Part shown: positions 13,050 to 27,152 of the stretch, piece by piece | Numbering within the stretch: position 1 is the first letter of the stretch | How the letters are laid out: each line of letters begins with the position of its first letter | Assembly (NCBI GenBank): GCA_000165425.1 | Contig: CT868097.1 | Span: 192,867-256,866, forward strand | Reading direction: 5' to 3' | Source of the DNA: Paramecium tetraurelia | Taxonomy: Eukaryota | Length of the DNA stretch: 64,000 nt | Program-made: the position numbers and the translations under genes | The notes under the pieces: model-generated | Database searches by the model: none | What the model was told of the DNA's origin: nothing | Seen by the model: only the letters and a program-made list of their open reading frames with translations

Positions 13050-13520
13050 ACAATAAATCCTAACTGAGAACATTTGGACACTTTACAATACAATGAGAAA
13101 GATATTACCAATTTATTTTACAAAGATTGATCAAATGAATGTAATCATGTTTAAATATGCTTAGTTCCTATCAATGAAGGCAAACAAAAGGCCTCAAAAA
13201 AAAAATAGCTGCATTCCTGTATAATTCCATAAAATAATTAACAATTTCTGATTCACCAAGATTCATTAGCTGCATTTTTTGTTTAAATTAGTTGTGATAA
13301 CTAAATTGATAGATGGGTTAAAGTGAAAAAATTCAAAATCTAAATATTTTGCATAAGCATTAGAAATAGTTGATCCACAAATTACTTGAACTCATCTATT
13401 TCCATTCGCACATACTTGAAACCATTCGTTATCCCAAATATCAAATTTCAAAAATTATACTTTGACTCTTACTAATTTATGAAAGGAAACATTCTTCCTG
13501 CTAATCCTGTATGTTTTTTT
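13050..13520 (-). pseudogene. decayed fragment of a ciliate extracellular/surface protein family
   Basis: VKVQFLKFDIWDNEWFQV...ICGS and NESW*IRN resemble the (ID)SWDNE...CG...ESWGIR motif set of ciliate cysteine-rich surface proteins; several TGAs and frameshifts. Confidence 0.5.
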
Positions 13521-13600
13521 CAAAATTTTATTCTATTCTGAATAATTTTTATGAATAAATTATAATATTTTGTTATTTATAATTATCACAATATGATTGT

Positions 13601-15728
13601 TCAATGTAAATTGGTACATCCCTCCTTAATAGCTTTAAGTTCAATTTCAGTTGCAGTTGTTTGGGAAATAGTCGATTTCCAATTAGTAGTCAAAACCTGA
13701 GAAGCAAACTATATAAGTAATGCATCTGAGATAATGCAACCATGACTGCAATTGTCAATTCCCTAGAAAAATATAATAAATTACAGTTTATCCATACTTA
13801 CAAGAACATGTTAGACCCAAATAGCCGGATTCAGTGAATTACTTCTATTACTATTCATCTGTTGAATCATAAATTGATGAGACAGCATCGCCACTATATT
13901 ATGAACAATATTCAACTAATTTGGTTGGAATATTAGTTTATCCATTCTTGTGTTCATAAATCCACTTGATGGCTGGTGTCATAGCTGATGAAGCTAGAAC
14001 AGTTGCATCGCCATATGCTTTTTAAATATGATCAGGTAAATAGAAATCATCAGAAGAATCAACAATAGGTTAAGGTTGTTTATCATATTCGAATTGGGCT
14101 GGAGTCAATTGATTAGCTGCATAAATAACTACCATGGGGACTCCTGGATGTTCAAGATTATCAGCCTTGACTCTTTTAGTCTCTTAAACGTACTCTAATA
14201 ATTGTTAAAGAGCATCAGAATTAATATTCTCTGAAAGTGCCTCAATCATAGATTCTTCAGTCGAATAATACAGTTTATCCACAACCCTTAAGAAGTGTTC
14301 ACTCATATCACTCATTAATAATTAACAATGATTTGATCTTTCTTCAAAATCAGCACCACAAATTTAATCAGGTTCAGGGAACCAATTCAAAGGGTTAGGT
14401 CTGGAAGGTCTTTTGCCAGTAGATAGAAATTCTTTATCCCATTTAATTCTATCTAATATTTGTTGCATCCAAGTCTCTGTTCTAAATCTAAAATAAGTAT
14501 CTTTAGGATAGAGATCAACAACACTAGATGAAGTACGTGACATCTTTCTTTGAGCATACCAATTAATGCCAGCATCAATAGATAGAACTTTAAACATGTA
14601 ACTATCATCTCCTCCTACTTATGGCTTGAATGTTTTTGTAGCCCCTAAGAGTGGGCCAGCCATAGTAACAATACCAGCCACTTTTTACTTTTCTTCTGGT
14701 GTCATATTATATATTGCTTCCGTGGCATGCAAAGATCCTAAGGAATGTCCGAATATATATGTAGTTTTGCCAGTTAACTTATAGAAGGTTTCAATTGATT
14801 TCTTGATGTATTTTTGAGATTCTGAAGCTACAATTGATTTTCTAAAATCATAAGGTGCAGCTTGCATAGTCAAACCTGGTATATATCCCATATTTTTTAA
14901 AGTGTCAGAGAATGTATGATATCCCTTAGTGTCACACATAGATGATTTGATGATTGAATCAGTAGAAAGTTCTTAGATAGCTGTGGTTCCACATTCTGCA
15001 TCAGCACTCAAAGGAGTGTTTCCATACCAAGTTATAGATATACCTGGTGCAGCTGAATATCTCTCCTTTGGATCCTTCTTTGATTTATCATAATATAGTT
15101 CAATAAAATCACCAAAACATTTACTTTTCTTATTTGTCATTGCAATTGTAAATGGACTATTTATTGATCCCATCCATAATCTATATTCTTCATTCGGTTT
15201 CTTCAACCAAAACTTAGATGCGCTGCATGTTTACCAACCACAATTTTCGAAGATATCTGGTCTTTTTGCCTACAATGTTTCACAATCAATTTTAACCTGT
15301 ATACATATGGAATTTTATTTTTACTTGTAAAATTGTTGCTATAATACCAGGTACCAAGATAACAGGTTGACATGGACCTGCAATGAATTCGTTAATATAG
15401 TCTTACAAGCTCAATTGACTTGGATCTTTTCCATTTGTACATACATTTGCAGTACTTTCTAAAAGTTCCTTCATTTTTTCTTTTCTCTATCTCTCTTACT
15501 CTTAATAAATTTGTTCGTGGTATTATCTAAAGTGCTCACTTATATTACATACTCAAATTCTGACTAAGGCTTCCAATCTGGATCAGATCTCCTAATTCTA
15601 TTGATTTTTCCCTCGACAGATACAATAAATGTATCATCTTCAAACCAAGAATTTCTATCGGTGTTATCCAAATACGGTGCAATTGAAATTATTCCTATTG
15701 TCACTATAGCAAGCAATTATTTAATCAT
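13601..15728 (-). CDS. lecithin:cholesterol acyltransferase / group XV phospholipase A2 family protein
   Basis: N-terminal hydrophobic leader; PVILVPGI, AAPYDFR, catalytic GHSLG, AGPLLGA, GDATVL and a C-terminal His (HGCII); short introns. Confidence 0.9.
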
Positions 15729-16217
15729 TCAATATTATTGCATTTCCTTATCATATGATATCAATTGAAAATTAGCATCATAATCGACGTAATACGTACA
15801 ATTATTGATACATTATCAAATTAAGCAAAATTTAATTTTAACATTACAGCATTTATTTTATCATTATATTTTTTCTTCAAATTTAACAAACATCAAATTT
15901 CCGATACTATTATCAAATTTTAATTTCATACATCATGTCCACACTAGGTCATCCAAATCTCTTAATTTATATTGTACTCTATTTCACTTTGGAGTAATTA
16001 TACAAGGAATTCTTTACATAAATGAGACATGACTAATAATCAGTTTATAAAATTATAAAAATCAATTTTTAAATACCAAATCAAACAATTAATTAAACAT
16101 GATAATAACAAATTTTCATATCAGTTATATAATTCTCAGTACTGATTTTGAAATTTTAAGGGATCAGATCAATTTATAATATAAAAATCTAACTTTTTAA
16201 AGTCTTATATGAAATTT

Positions 16218-17379
16218 TCAATTTTTCATTGGATTAGACATTTACTATAGATCTTTATTGAGTGCATTTGCTTAACCTTGAGTATTAGATTAGATTATAA
16301 TAGGTTAAAATACTTATGGATTCCAATTTTCAGGTTAGATCAATGGTTGAATATACTCTTTAGGGGGAATAGCCAAAACGGTAATTGGAATCTTCACAGT
16401 GGGTCTAGGTGAACAACAAGAACAACCTAACTAGATTTATACTTACCCTCATAATGTGGCTGAACTTTCAAATAATATATTGAATTCACGCAATTTCCTA
16501 TAATTGATGGAGTTAAGTGCTAAGGAGGATTTTTTAAATTAATCAATTATAATTGGTAATCTTACTTTTAAATAGGTTAAATTTTATTTCCTTTTTAAGG
16601 ACCTTTATGGTGTTAATAATTTAATTGAAATTCAAGAATATGTTCGCTATCTGAATTAGATCTCAATCTTAATCTATTTACAAGTACAGAATCTACTTTA
16701 TCTACGTCAAGTTTACAATTTGAGTTGTCTATATCATAACTAAAGTTTAGAAATTCAGTTGGAAAATAAATATTTTTTTCTACTTTCACTTCAATGGAAG
16801 AAGTCTAAAATATGATTAATTATTCATACTCCTCTTTTAATACAGCATCCACTAACAATCTAAGAAGATTCCCTCTTTTATTTCGACGAAATAATTTCTT
16901 TAATTGGTTCCCTTAAGATTAGTACTTATTTATTTTTAATATCATTTATCGATTTAGATGTTGAGACTACTCTAGCAATTACCTTATATGTTAAGCTTGC
17001 AAGAACGTCATCTTTATAATAAAATGTTCCAGGTAAATTTGCAGAGAGATGGACTTTAAAAGGAAATATAAATGAGCCAACCATAAGATTATCATCTTCA
17101 AATGTATGGGCAACCACTGTGATTTGATGAAAAATATTTTTTCCTTCATGTGTTCTTCTTCGAGTACCTGATCCTGTTTCCCAATTTGTTTTTTCTTTAC
17201 CCAATATAGTAAGCTTGACTTCTTTTCCACAAAATCCTTATTTGATAATATGAAGATATATGTTTCCTAAGTAACTTAAATGTAATCTTCTTACCTTATA
17301 CAATATCTCCAGCAAAATATAACTATTTTTCTGTTCTTATCATAATTCCACCAAATTCAGATCCTGATTTGTTACCCAT
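16218..17379 (-). CDS. arrestin-domain protein (arrestin N and C domains), MG start suggesting myristoylation
   Basis: MGNKSGS...YFAGDIVQG...GKEKTNW...GSFIFPFKVHLSANLPGTF...LTYKVIA...PSIIGNCVNSIYYLKV. Confidence 0.85.
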
Positions 17380-17565
17380 TTGATATTTTATATATAATAA
17401 ATATATAGGTTTGTTATTTGTTGATTGAATCCTAGTATTTCTGATCAATTCTGATTTCAATATGGTAAATTATCAGATAATATTAGATTCAACTTTAAAA
17501 ATGAACAAGCAGATCTAACTAGTTTTGACCTTAATAATTCTATATATAATTATATATTTTATATT

Positions 17566-18973
17566 TCAGAATGATATCACCCCTGATTTCGATCTTATCA
17601 GTGCCTCTTCACATTATTCTAATAATATTGATATAAATACTTTTTCTACAAAAAGTCCATCCATTATTTGGCTGGATCTTTAAAGCCTTCTAGTAACAAA
17701 TAATAGCCTCTTAATATCATTATAACTCTTATAGACACAGACCTTAGCGTAATTGAATGAAAAACCTTTTTGAGAAAGTGAGGCCTCATTAAATTTCCCA
17801 AGCAATCTTTAACTATGAGCTTAGATTATTTTAAATTTGCTAACCTTTACAAAGCAATATATCTATATGATTAGGGAAGATTTCTAGTATCTGATCAGCA
17901 AAAATAATTGCCTTTTCAAAAATACCAAACTTGAATATAGATCTAAGATCGAAATGATTGATAAACTTTACACTAGTATTGTTATAATTTATTCATACCA
18001 AATATCTAAAGAATAAATAAAGTCTGATTGTGTTATTTAAGCATTCTCCTTAAAAATGATATAAACATATTCACCTTTGCATCGCAACGCATTAACATAG
18101 TTTGAATCATATTTTAGGACTTTGTCTACCCATTATTCTGACTCTTTATATTTGTCGAGCATATATATGACTTGTCTTGATCATATTAAAAATTTTAAGC
18201 ACTTAGATAATATTTATATTAAAATCATCTTTGCAGTATAATGATTTAATGTGATTTGGATCAATTTGTAAAGCTTTATCTGCCCATATTATAGCTTCTG
18301 CAAATTGGCCAAGTGATTTTAGATAATGCAGATAAATTTTCAGCATTCAAAACCTAAGATTGATTTAATATCTTAATTGTTGATTCTAACATTTCTTTCT
18401 CATTTAAAATGCCTTGTTATTTGCCTAATTAAATTAAAGTCTACCTCCAATTCCATTCATTTCCAACTGTTTGTTATTGTTTTCATTTTATAAACAATAA
18501 TTCAAATCTTCTATTCTCAACTTAAAAATCAGTTTGGTTAAATAATTTTACAAGTTTTTGACGCAGTTAGTTATAGAATACTATGCTTATACTTTATATT
18601 CTTAGAAATATATCATTTCACCAATTGCTACGTTTAGTTATTAAACGTTCATTCTTCCTACTCTTTCTTTGTTTAGTATATATTTTAATTTAATCCCCTA
18701 CTTGAATTTTTCGAATGAGAGAATGATTGACTCAAATTACTCTGAAATATTATTCAATAATTTCAGACAATCCTACTCTTAATAACTTAGTTGTTCATAA
18801 AATTGAGGCATGTCAATCCATGATTCTAAATGAGCATGATGAAATTTATTTTAAACACATTTCATACAAAATAATCTGAAATCTTTACAAAACTCATTTA
18901 AGCATATCATTTTAATGTTATATTCATGCTCACTATTTTGGCATTTTATCTCTAAACATTTCCCTTTACTCAT
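17566..18973 (-). pseudogene. B-box-like + coiled-coil + TPR protein, 3' half apparently decaying
   Basis: N-terminal C-x4-H-x7-C-x4-C-x6-CxxC-x5-H; TPRs EAIIWADKALQIDPNHIKSLYCK; one expected donor GT reads AT and downstream repeats are frameshifted or truncated. Confidence 0.6.
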
Positions 18974-19322
18974 TTTATTATATAAAAATTTTATATTAAC
19001 CTAGAAAACATTTTATAAACTCTATTACTATCAAATAGGTTTCAACACCCTTAAAATGAATAATTCAAATATGATATTTTCATCAATATAATAGAAAAAT
19101 ATATTCATTTTTGATGTATATATATGAATATTATCTAACAATAATATTCAATATAAAAATTAACAAAATCAATCTCAAATAATTATGGATTTAAGAAATA
19201 TGTAAATAACTATTCATTAGGCTTATCTATGAATAATCAAAGAAAATACAGATCTAACAATATTGACAGAGTAAAATAACTAAATCCTTATTTAAAAATA
19301 AACAATTAAATTTATAGAATAC

Positions 19323-20095
19323 TCATATAATTACATTTGCAACTTTTTCTATAAATCTTTTAGCATAATCATCTGGATTTTGAGCAGAAGTATTTAAGGC
19401 AATATTTACATGAATAGCCTTTTTAGTGTGCTTTTCGATGATTTTTTATGCATTCCACTCTTGTAAATAATCAATTATGGCTAATGTGATAAAAATTCCT
19501 TTTTCAACCGCATTTATGCATGGTATACATAACAGATCAGATGAGAAATAATTAGGAATCTTAGAAATATGAAATTAGATTTACATCTGCTTCTTTAATA
19601 TGTGGGTTATGCCAGCTATATGAATACCAATCCATTTTAATAATCAGGAGGGAATAATCCATCAACTTGATTCTGCTAAAAAAGTTTGCGTCATTAATTA
19701 AACATTTTCTCAATCTTTCTCTATATTGTTAAGGTATATGCAGTTATTATTCTAAATTCTGGAAATCAATGTCTTTTAACGTAATTTTCTTTAATTCAAT
19801 ATCATTGGTTTTTTTGTTTTTCTTTAAGACTTATCTTGAGTGTTCAGATCCTTTGATATCATAAGTTCTGACTCTGTACATAGAAGGTATTTACATAGCA
19901 TTTCTCATCACGACTACATTGATCGATTCTTCAACCTAAATTATTGAATAAATATAATACGTTTTATCTGAATAACTTGTAAATGCCATAGATTGGCGAA
20001 ATGACTGTTTCATTTTCACTTAAATGAAGGAAGTAAGGTATCAGATTTTTTCTAATAACAGCTAATGTTCGTTAACTTCAATAGAAAATAACTTC
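19323..20095 (-). pseudogene. phosphatidylinositol-phosphate kinase (PIP5K family), C-terminal half only
   Basis: SPIYGIY, VVVMRN, TYDIKGS, TLKDIDF, KLMDYSLL, AIIDYLQEW, SAQNPDDYAKRF are present; frameshift near 20050 and no GxSGS/IIKT N-lobe found before the next gene. Confidence 0.7.
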
Positions 20096-20429
20096 CAAAT
20101 AAAAAGAATTTAAAACACAAGTAATCATATCAGTTAATACTTCATCAAAATATAGCAATATCATATGGGAGTAACATTAAGAAATAAATATTTTTCTAAT
20201 TATTGTCTAATTTTAATTTTGAGATTAATTCATTAAGTTAGACAATCAGAAATAGATTTGGTTATTGTTCAAAAAAAGTGAAATGAAATTGGATGAGTTG
20301 AAATTCTAATATGAATATTTGAATACAGTAGAAGATAAAATTGATAAAATATATGTCCATCAAACTCAAATAGGTTTTATGCTTGAATAATTTTATTATC
20401 ATAATATTACATTAAATCCGTTTTATTGA

Positions 20430-21162
20430 ATGGAGAAGTCTGAAAGACGATCATTAGGAGGGACAGTCACAACATTGAGATCATCTAGAGGTGCTGTATT
20501 AGTGAACTAAGATGGATCATATGCATATGGTTCAAGAAATGTTTATATTAGTTTGTCCAATGAAAAATGAATCAATAGTATAAAGTGAAAAGGTAATTCA
20601 AGAGCCACAATAAATTATGTTGCCAGTTTTTGGAGATGATGAACTGGCTTTTTATATCAATCCTTAAGACTTGCCAGATTTGGTTGATGAAGTTTTGGAC
20701 ACATATTTAACACATTCAAGAGTTTTTCTGGTTTTTATGTGCGTTTAGATGGTGGTAGAAATCATATTTGATTCAATGGTTTGGATTAATTAGGACAGAA
20801 TCGAAAAACTAGTAAGTTTATCAGAATTTACATAAGCTAGCTCTAATTTACAACAAGGTGCCTTTAGCTGACATCCATCAAATGATAATTTTATGCTCTT
20901 GCATTAACATTCTATTTTAATGCATCTATTATGCATCTGGAATTACTGGTGCATGGCGTAAATCTTATAAGACACTTAATGTTTTTGGAAATTTATCAAT
21001 TTTAGGAATGTTTTTACAAATATTTCTGTCTTACACTTATCAGTAATTTTGCATATTGAAAATAGATTCAATATATTGATATTTGCATTCAGAGTGTTGT
21101 CGTGTATTTATGCAAAGTTCCTGAGTCACTTGATCCTCAGTTTGATCCTGTTACCTCATTGA
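20430..21162 (+). CDS. multi-pass transmembrane hypothetical protein
   Basis: MEKSERRSLGG...; three 22-25 nt introns restore a continuous frame with ~4 hydrophobic helices ending ...LILSLILLPH*. Confidence 0.8.
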
Positions 21163-21518
21163 CATTTATTATTAATATCATATGCGCTAAAAATAAGAAC
21201 TATTTAAATTTATAACTATTGCTCATCGACTTAAATAGTAAATTGATATCTCAAAGAAGCAATTCCATTAGAAAAAAATATCACTGATATTATCGAAAAT
21301 AAAAATTAATATGTTTGATATAATGAGATGAGACGCATTTTCATAATGTGATAATTTAAGCTAGGTTATTATTCTTTATTTATTTTCATTATTAAAGTGA
21401 TTGATTTTGCTTAAATCAATATTTATTAAATAGTATAGATCTATAATATAAAATAATAAATTATAAAATTTGATTAAAATAGTAGAATTAAATTTGATAT
21501 TTAACAATAATAGATAGA

Positions 21519-22481
21519 TCATTGAGATTCCTCGAATTATTCCAATCCTGCAAGATGAATGTTCTGATCAACATTTATAGCGTCTACTAGTTATATGATA
21601 TTATTATTATAGATCTCTTTCAAAACTAATTAGCCATCTTCTTATGGCATTTCAAAGACCTTTGTATTTGGACACTCTTTGTCATCAACAGTAATTTTAA
21701 ATAAACTATTATGAATATTTATAATATTTACTCATCTTCGTAGAACACTTCTATGTAATACTATTTATCATTAATTGTTTTATTTTATTTATAGAGCATA
21801 ACTTTCTTTGAAGGTTAATTATTCGGTGTTTAATTAGGCTAAGTAGGTAAATAACCGATAAAACTACTCTCTTTAATGATGTATTTTATTTACTTGATAG
21901 ATCAATGCTCTTTTACTTATAGGAACTATGGATTCTAGACCTTTTAAGAGGGTATTCAGCTATCTATTAGACCAACTATTATTGCTTTGAGGTTTGCTTC
22001 AAAATAACTTTAGTATTATAATTGGGTTTTCTGGTTACTAATCTGTTCATTAATCTTTCATTTTCAATTGTGATTCTGACTAACTCTTTCTTCCTTTTTT
22101 CTTTATTGAGTGAATATCTCCTATGGACTGATTAAGATTAATTGAAATTTGCAGCAGGTTGATTGCTAGTTTACCAATTAGAAGTGGCTCTTTTGCGCTC
22201 ATTATCTAGTTAGAGATTGGAAAATTACTCATGATATTTTGAATTTTTTCTAGTAAGATACGATTTTCCCTTTCAATTTCAGTAAATCTCTCTTCTTATA
22301 ATTAGAGTTTCTTATTTTAGTTTTAATATAACCTTTCCATTTAAGTTCTAACTGTTAATTGTTTTTAAGTAATATACTTAAAGGTTGTGCTATCTAAAGA
22401 TTATGTTTATGAATTTATCTTAATCGTTCTTTTTCATAGTTATAACATATTTTATTTCCTTTTAATAAGATCTCTATCCAT
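21519..22481 (-). CDS. CFAP97/Hemingway (KIAA1430)-domain ciliary protein
   Basis: RLRQIHKHNLQIAQPL, ERFTEIERENRILLEKI, SLNKEKRKKELVRITIENERLMNRL; apparent 1-nt frameshift near the start. Confidence 0.7.
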
Positions 22482-22516
22482 TTTAATATTTAAATATTAT
22501 AAATAAATTATTTGTT

Positions 22517-23688
22517 TCACATTATTTTACAAGAACAACATTTTGCGTGTTATTAATCAATGACTTGAAACTGTTCATGTATTCGATATTCTACTTTAAT
22601 AATAGATTACCTTTCATTTTAGAATTATTATAAAACTCTTTGGAATTATTATCAATACTAAAATATTCAGATTCTTTGAGACTTTAAGTACGTTTTGTAA
22701 GAGTATGAGGTCTCTAAATGTGCTGAAACTCATCGTTTGGTTAATTGATTTGAGTTTTAGTATTGATAGGAGGCCAAAAAGTGGTTAGGTTTGGATGTTA
22801 ACCTCCATATTTGATTTCGATCTCTTCTGCTGGAATTAATTCCTATATTTTATAAAAATCAGAAGCCTTGAGGAAATTGATTTTGGCAGCAGTTTCAGGG
22901 TGAATGATTTCTAAAATTATGATTGGAAATACTTTCGATTAATTTCCATGAGGAATTGAAGAAGAAGGAGGGATTCAAAATAAACATTTTATGCAATGAA
23001 CTAGTGTAGTTGATTGAAAAGAATTCGTTAATCATACTGAGAGTGGAGAATGGGAAATCAAATAATCCACTGCCACCGCTATCCAATATGACTATCCAAT
23101 TTTCAACATAACCACGAGCATACATAAACTTAGTTACCATATTTCCAATAGCTGTTGCTGCATTTAAAAGAGTGGGTACATGAACTTTGTTTTTTGAAAT
23201 CATATGCAATTATATATATACTACTGGTCTGTATTAGTGATCTCTTCCAAATTAATAAATGTACCCTTATTTCTAAAATTGAATATTTATTAATTTAAAC
23301 TAAATATTATTCAGCCTCTGCAGACAAGACTTGATAATTTTCATCGTGAATCCATTCCAGATGTTTTTGTAACCTTTAAATGCATCTACTTATTTCGAAA
23401 CCCCCCGAATAACAATATTTAAGAGTCAACTCATGACACCAACTAAACCTTTAAAATGTAATTACTCAAGAGGCAATGTTAATTTATGTTATTGTATACT
23501 TTCTGTCAACTCCTTAATTTTTTATTATTCATATTCATCAAATTCTTAATGGAAAAATATTTTTCTAACATGATTCTTTCCCTCTCCATGTTTTACATAG
23601 AATGCTATTAGATATGACATCTAAACTTACGATCATGTTTGATTTAATACACATCAACTGGAGGTTTTAGATAACTAAAATCGATCAT
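22517..23688 (-). CDS. CRAL-TRIO/Sec14 lipid-binding protein with C-terminal CaaX
   Basis: GRDHQYRPVVYI, GYVENWIVILD, NYTSSLHKMFILNPSFFFNSSWKLI, EIEIKYGG; ends AKCCSCKIM*. Confidence 0.9.
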
Positions 23689-23727
23689 AATATATGTTAA
23701 TTTTTTTATAAAATAAATTCTTAGCAC

Positions 23728-24145
23728 TCAAAGATGTGTATTGTTATATCCATTTCTATATTTTATTACTTTTCTTGCTTACAATTTACCAATATTCTTA
23801 TATACAATGTTATTAAAAATCCTAGAAAGTTCCTTCTCTATTTGTTAATTTTTCTATTAACTTTTCATCTTAGCTTTAAGGAAGAATACGACCAAACATA
23901 TCGTAGTTCAACATTTTGACTTATTTTTTGATCATATCCTTTAAACTTCCTTTTTTTTAGTTTTGATTAAAGGTATAGTTGCATGTGGCAAAATATTATA
24001 AACTTTTTGAATCATTGTCATTTTAAATATTTATTCTATATTTTACAATTGCTCTTGAATCTCCTTTATATTTTTGATCTTTCTTATACTTTGATTCATA
24101 CCTTATGGATGTAGAATTTTCTTAATTTTCCTTTAATGTTGACAT
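23728..24145 (-). CDS. small hypothetical protein
   Basis: MSTLKENQENSTSIRYESKYKKD...; open frame, with one 28-nt intron giving an in-frame stop at 23728. Confidence 0.5.
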
Positions 24146-24472
24146 AAATTATATAATTTTTATTTTAAATGCTAATCAAATTCTAATAGATTTCAGCCTG
24201 TTTGTTCTACTTTATCGATTAATTCAATAAAGGATGTAACAAATCGCCAATTTTTTATTATAACTTATACTAATTAATTCAATTCATTCACATATTCCAA
24301 ATAATACATTATTCTCTTAATTATCATTTCCTTAATAAACATAGCTTCACTCTCTTAGAATATATCATGGTCCTTTTATATATTTGGTTTTAATTGAATA
24401 TTAATTATAAATGACAATAATTCAACATCAATAAACCTCAAATTAATTTTTTAATGATAGTGGTAAAGAAAG

Positions 24473-25057
24473 TCAATTTTCTTACTTAATTTATATATCT
24501 TCAACTCTATTAGCCTTCTCGGATGTGCTTTAGCGATTCGAATATAACAATTTATTGAATCGAAAGCTAAAACCCAGGTCAGCTTTATTTTAAACCAGAA
24601 AGGGCTTAACCCATTTGTATTAAGCAAAAAACAACCGACAAATCCTCCTTCCCTTCTTTGATTTGATCAACAACTCTATGGAATTCCTATTGAATTTTTG
24701 GCTCTCCATTTTTAAGAACTTTTTTATAGCTGGTTCTTAAAGGATCTCTTTATCGTCAGAGAACTCTTAAAGTATAAATTGGGCTATCTTTTACCCCATA
24801 TTCTTGTAATAATTTTTACTCTAACCAGGAAATATGTGGCAGAAGTTATTTTTTTGCGTTATTTCATTTGTAATATTATTCTTATTTATCTTTTGACTTT
24901 CTTTACATACTACTTCCTTCTCCTTTTCCTCATTCTCCTCTAGTTTTATTTCTATTTCACTCTTTATACTATTCATAAATTGAGCAAAATAGAGCATATG
25001 AAGAGGAAATATAAGATTAGTATGAACACATGTATTTTAATCAATTCCTACGTTCAT
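24473..25057 (-). CDS. ciliate-specific hypothetical protein (SKNYYKNMGQKI motif), 194 aa
   Basis: Intronless 585-nt ORF from ATG to TGA in the ciliate code. Confidence 0.7.
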
Positions 25058-25486
25058 TTTTTAATAAATTAGTTATCAAAAATTCAATCCAATTAAAATC
25101 ATCCTTATTTCAGAGATGAATTTGCATAGTTTCAACATATTTTTGATAAACTTCTACACACTTAATTCATTATTTATATTTCTTCATTATAATATATTTG
25201 TATTTCAAAGCCTTCAATATGTAAATATTAAAAATCTAAATTCACTCAAATTTTAACGAAAAAGAATGTTTAAGATTTGCAACAATCCTTAGTATATTAA
25301 ATTAGCAAATCCATACAATAGCAAAGTTATAAGCTAATAGAATAATCTTCTTAATAGTTCTGTTTAATTTTTATAAGATAATTATAATATTAAAATAATG
25401 TATTTACAAAACATAATACATTCTTTTCATCAATCTTCAAAGACTTAGAAAGAGATACAGAAAGATCTAAACTGATATAATATTAT

Positions 25487-27152
25487 TCATTATTATTATG
25501 GTTCATTTAAAAAACTTAATTTAGTTGGGTCAGGTTCAATATCATGACTCTTTAGAATATCTAATAGCTCCTTTTTTTATCTTTCGAGTTCATATATTCT
25601 TTTATTGAAATGCGTGTTGATTTCGAACATATCTTAATACTTTTTCTCCAATATATCTAACTATACTTGGACCTCTTTGACCCTAATTTACTATGATCAT
25701 AATAAAATTACCTCATATTGAACCTTGTCTTTATGAGTATTAATTTCTGCTTTTAAAATTTCGATTTCTTCAACATTCTGTCTTTTAGCTTCCAGGATTT
25801 TGTTAATAATTGATTCCTTTTATTTAATAATTTCCTAGAGTTCTTTATTCTTTAATTAAATTCGACATAAATACCTTTTATTTCGATCTTCCCAACATAT
25901 CAACTAGCTTTTAGACTTAATCATCAGATTAGTCTTTACTTTTCAAGGCTTTTTCTCTAATTTGACTTTCCATTTTAAATAAAGAGCTGTATGTATCGAT
26001 ATCTTTTTTAATTTGTAAGAACTCATCCAATAACTTTGCTGTCTATTGCTCTATATCCTTTTATTTTGGAAAAAATATATTGATGTATCTGTGATTCTCT
26101 TCCTCAACATCTTTGAGTTTTTCTCTGAGATTCTAGATTAAACTGAGACTTCCTTTAGAATTAGCCATAAGTTCATCTATTTCTCGAGTTTTCCTTGATA
26201 AATTAACTTCTAATTCCTCAATTACTTATTATAATCTCTTTATTTCAACAAACTCATTAGACCTTTTGGTAACTTTCAATTCATTCAACTACTTAGTCAA
26301 TTTATCATTCTCATCCACTAAGAATTCAATTTATTGTCTCAAACTTTAAACTTGTTTTGAATTATTTGTAACCTATTTCAATGCAGCAGGATCCATTGAC
26401 AAATTGCAATAATTTAATAAACTTGTAATTAAATCATCATAAGTGTCTTTTAATAAGTTGAGAAATATGCCAATGGAGTAACTTTCTTCTTTAGATTCTA
26501 ATTAATATCTCCAGACTCCTGGAATTGTTTCACTGACAAAATCAATTTCTTTGAATTCCAACTTTTCACTAACGATTTGTCCTTTTGTTTGCTTAGATTC
26601 AATATTATTTAACAAAGCCTTTATCTATGCATGAACAAAAGGTTCATTTCTTATATTCATATCCTTCCATAAGAGCAATTTTCGATGTAATAATGCTTTA
26701 ACAAATTAGATGATGAAATTATCCCTTAAATTTAATGTTTTAAATAGTAATTCAAAATAATTTGTCTCAGGAGTCAGTTGATCCTTGATTGATTCTATAA
26801 ATTTCACTTTTTAATAGAGAATCTTCTCCCAAAAAGGATCTGGATTTGTAATTTTATCATTCAAACCCATTGTATTTCTTGCAATATTTAACAATTCAGT
26901 TAATTCATAATTCATTAAATCTAGAAATCTTAAGAAATATCTTTTCTATTCCTACAATTTCTCAGCTCCATCCTTCACTTGAATTGATGATGGATTCATA
27001 TTTTATATATAGTCTTACTAGTTTCTGATTGCAGGTGCTAATTGATCAAATGCAACCTTCATTTTTTCGATATTCTCCGATATGTTTTTCTTCTCATTTA
27101 TGCCTTATCGGGCATATGAAATTTATTAAACGATTGGTTTAATTGATTGCAT
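25487..27152 (-). CDS. coiled-coil protein
   Basis: MQSIKPIVQQISYARQG...; long open frame with a heptad-rich C-terminal half and small introns. Confidence 0.75.

Noticed and set aside
21170..21345. Candidate N-terminal transmembrane exon for the PIP kinase (GPCR-PIPK-like)
   Set aside because: The frame is interrupted by TGA and an intact plus-strand gene (20430-21162) lies in between
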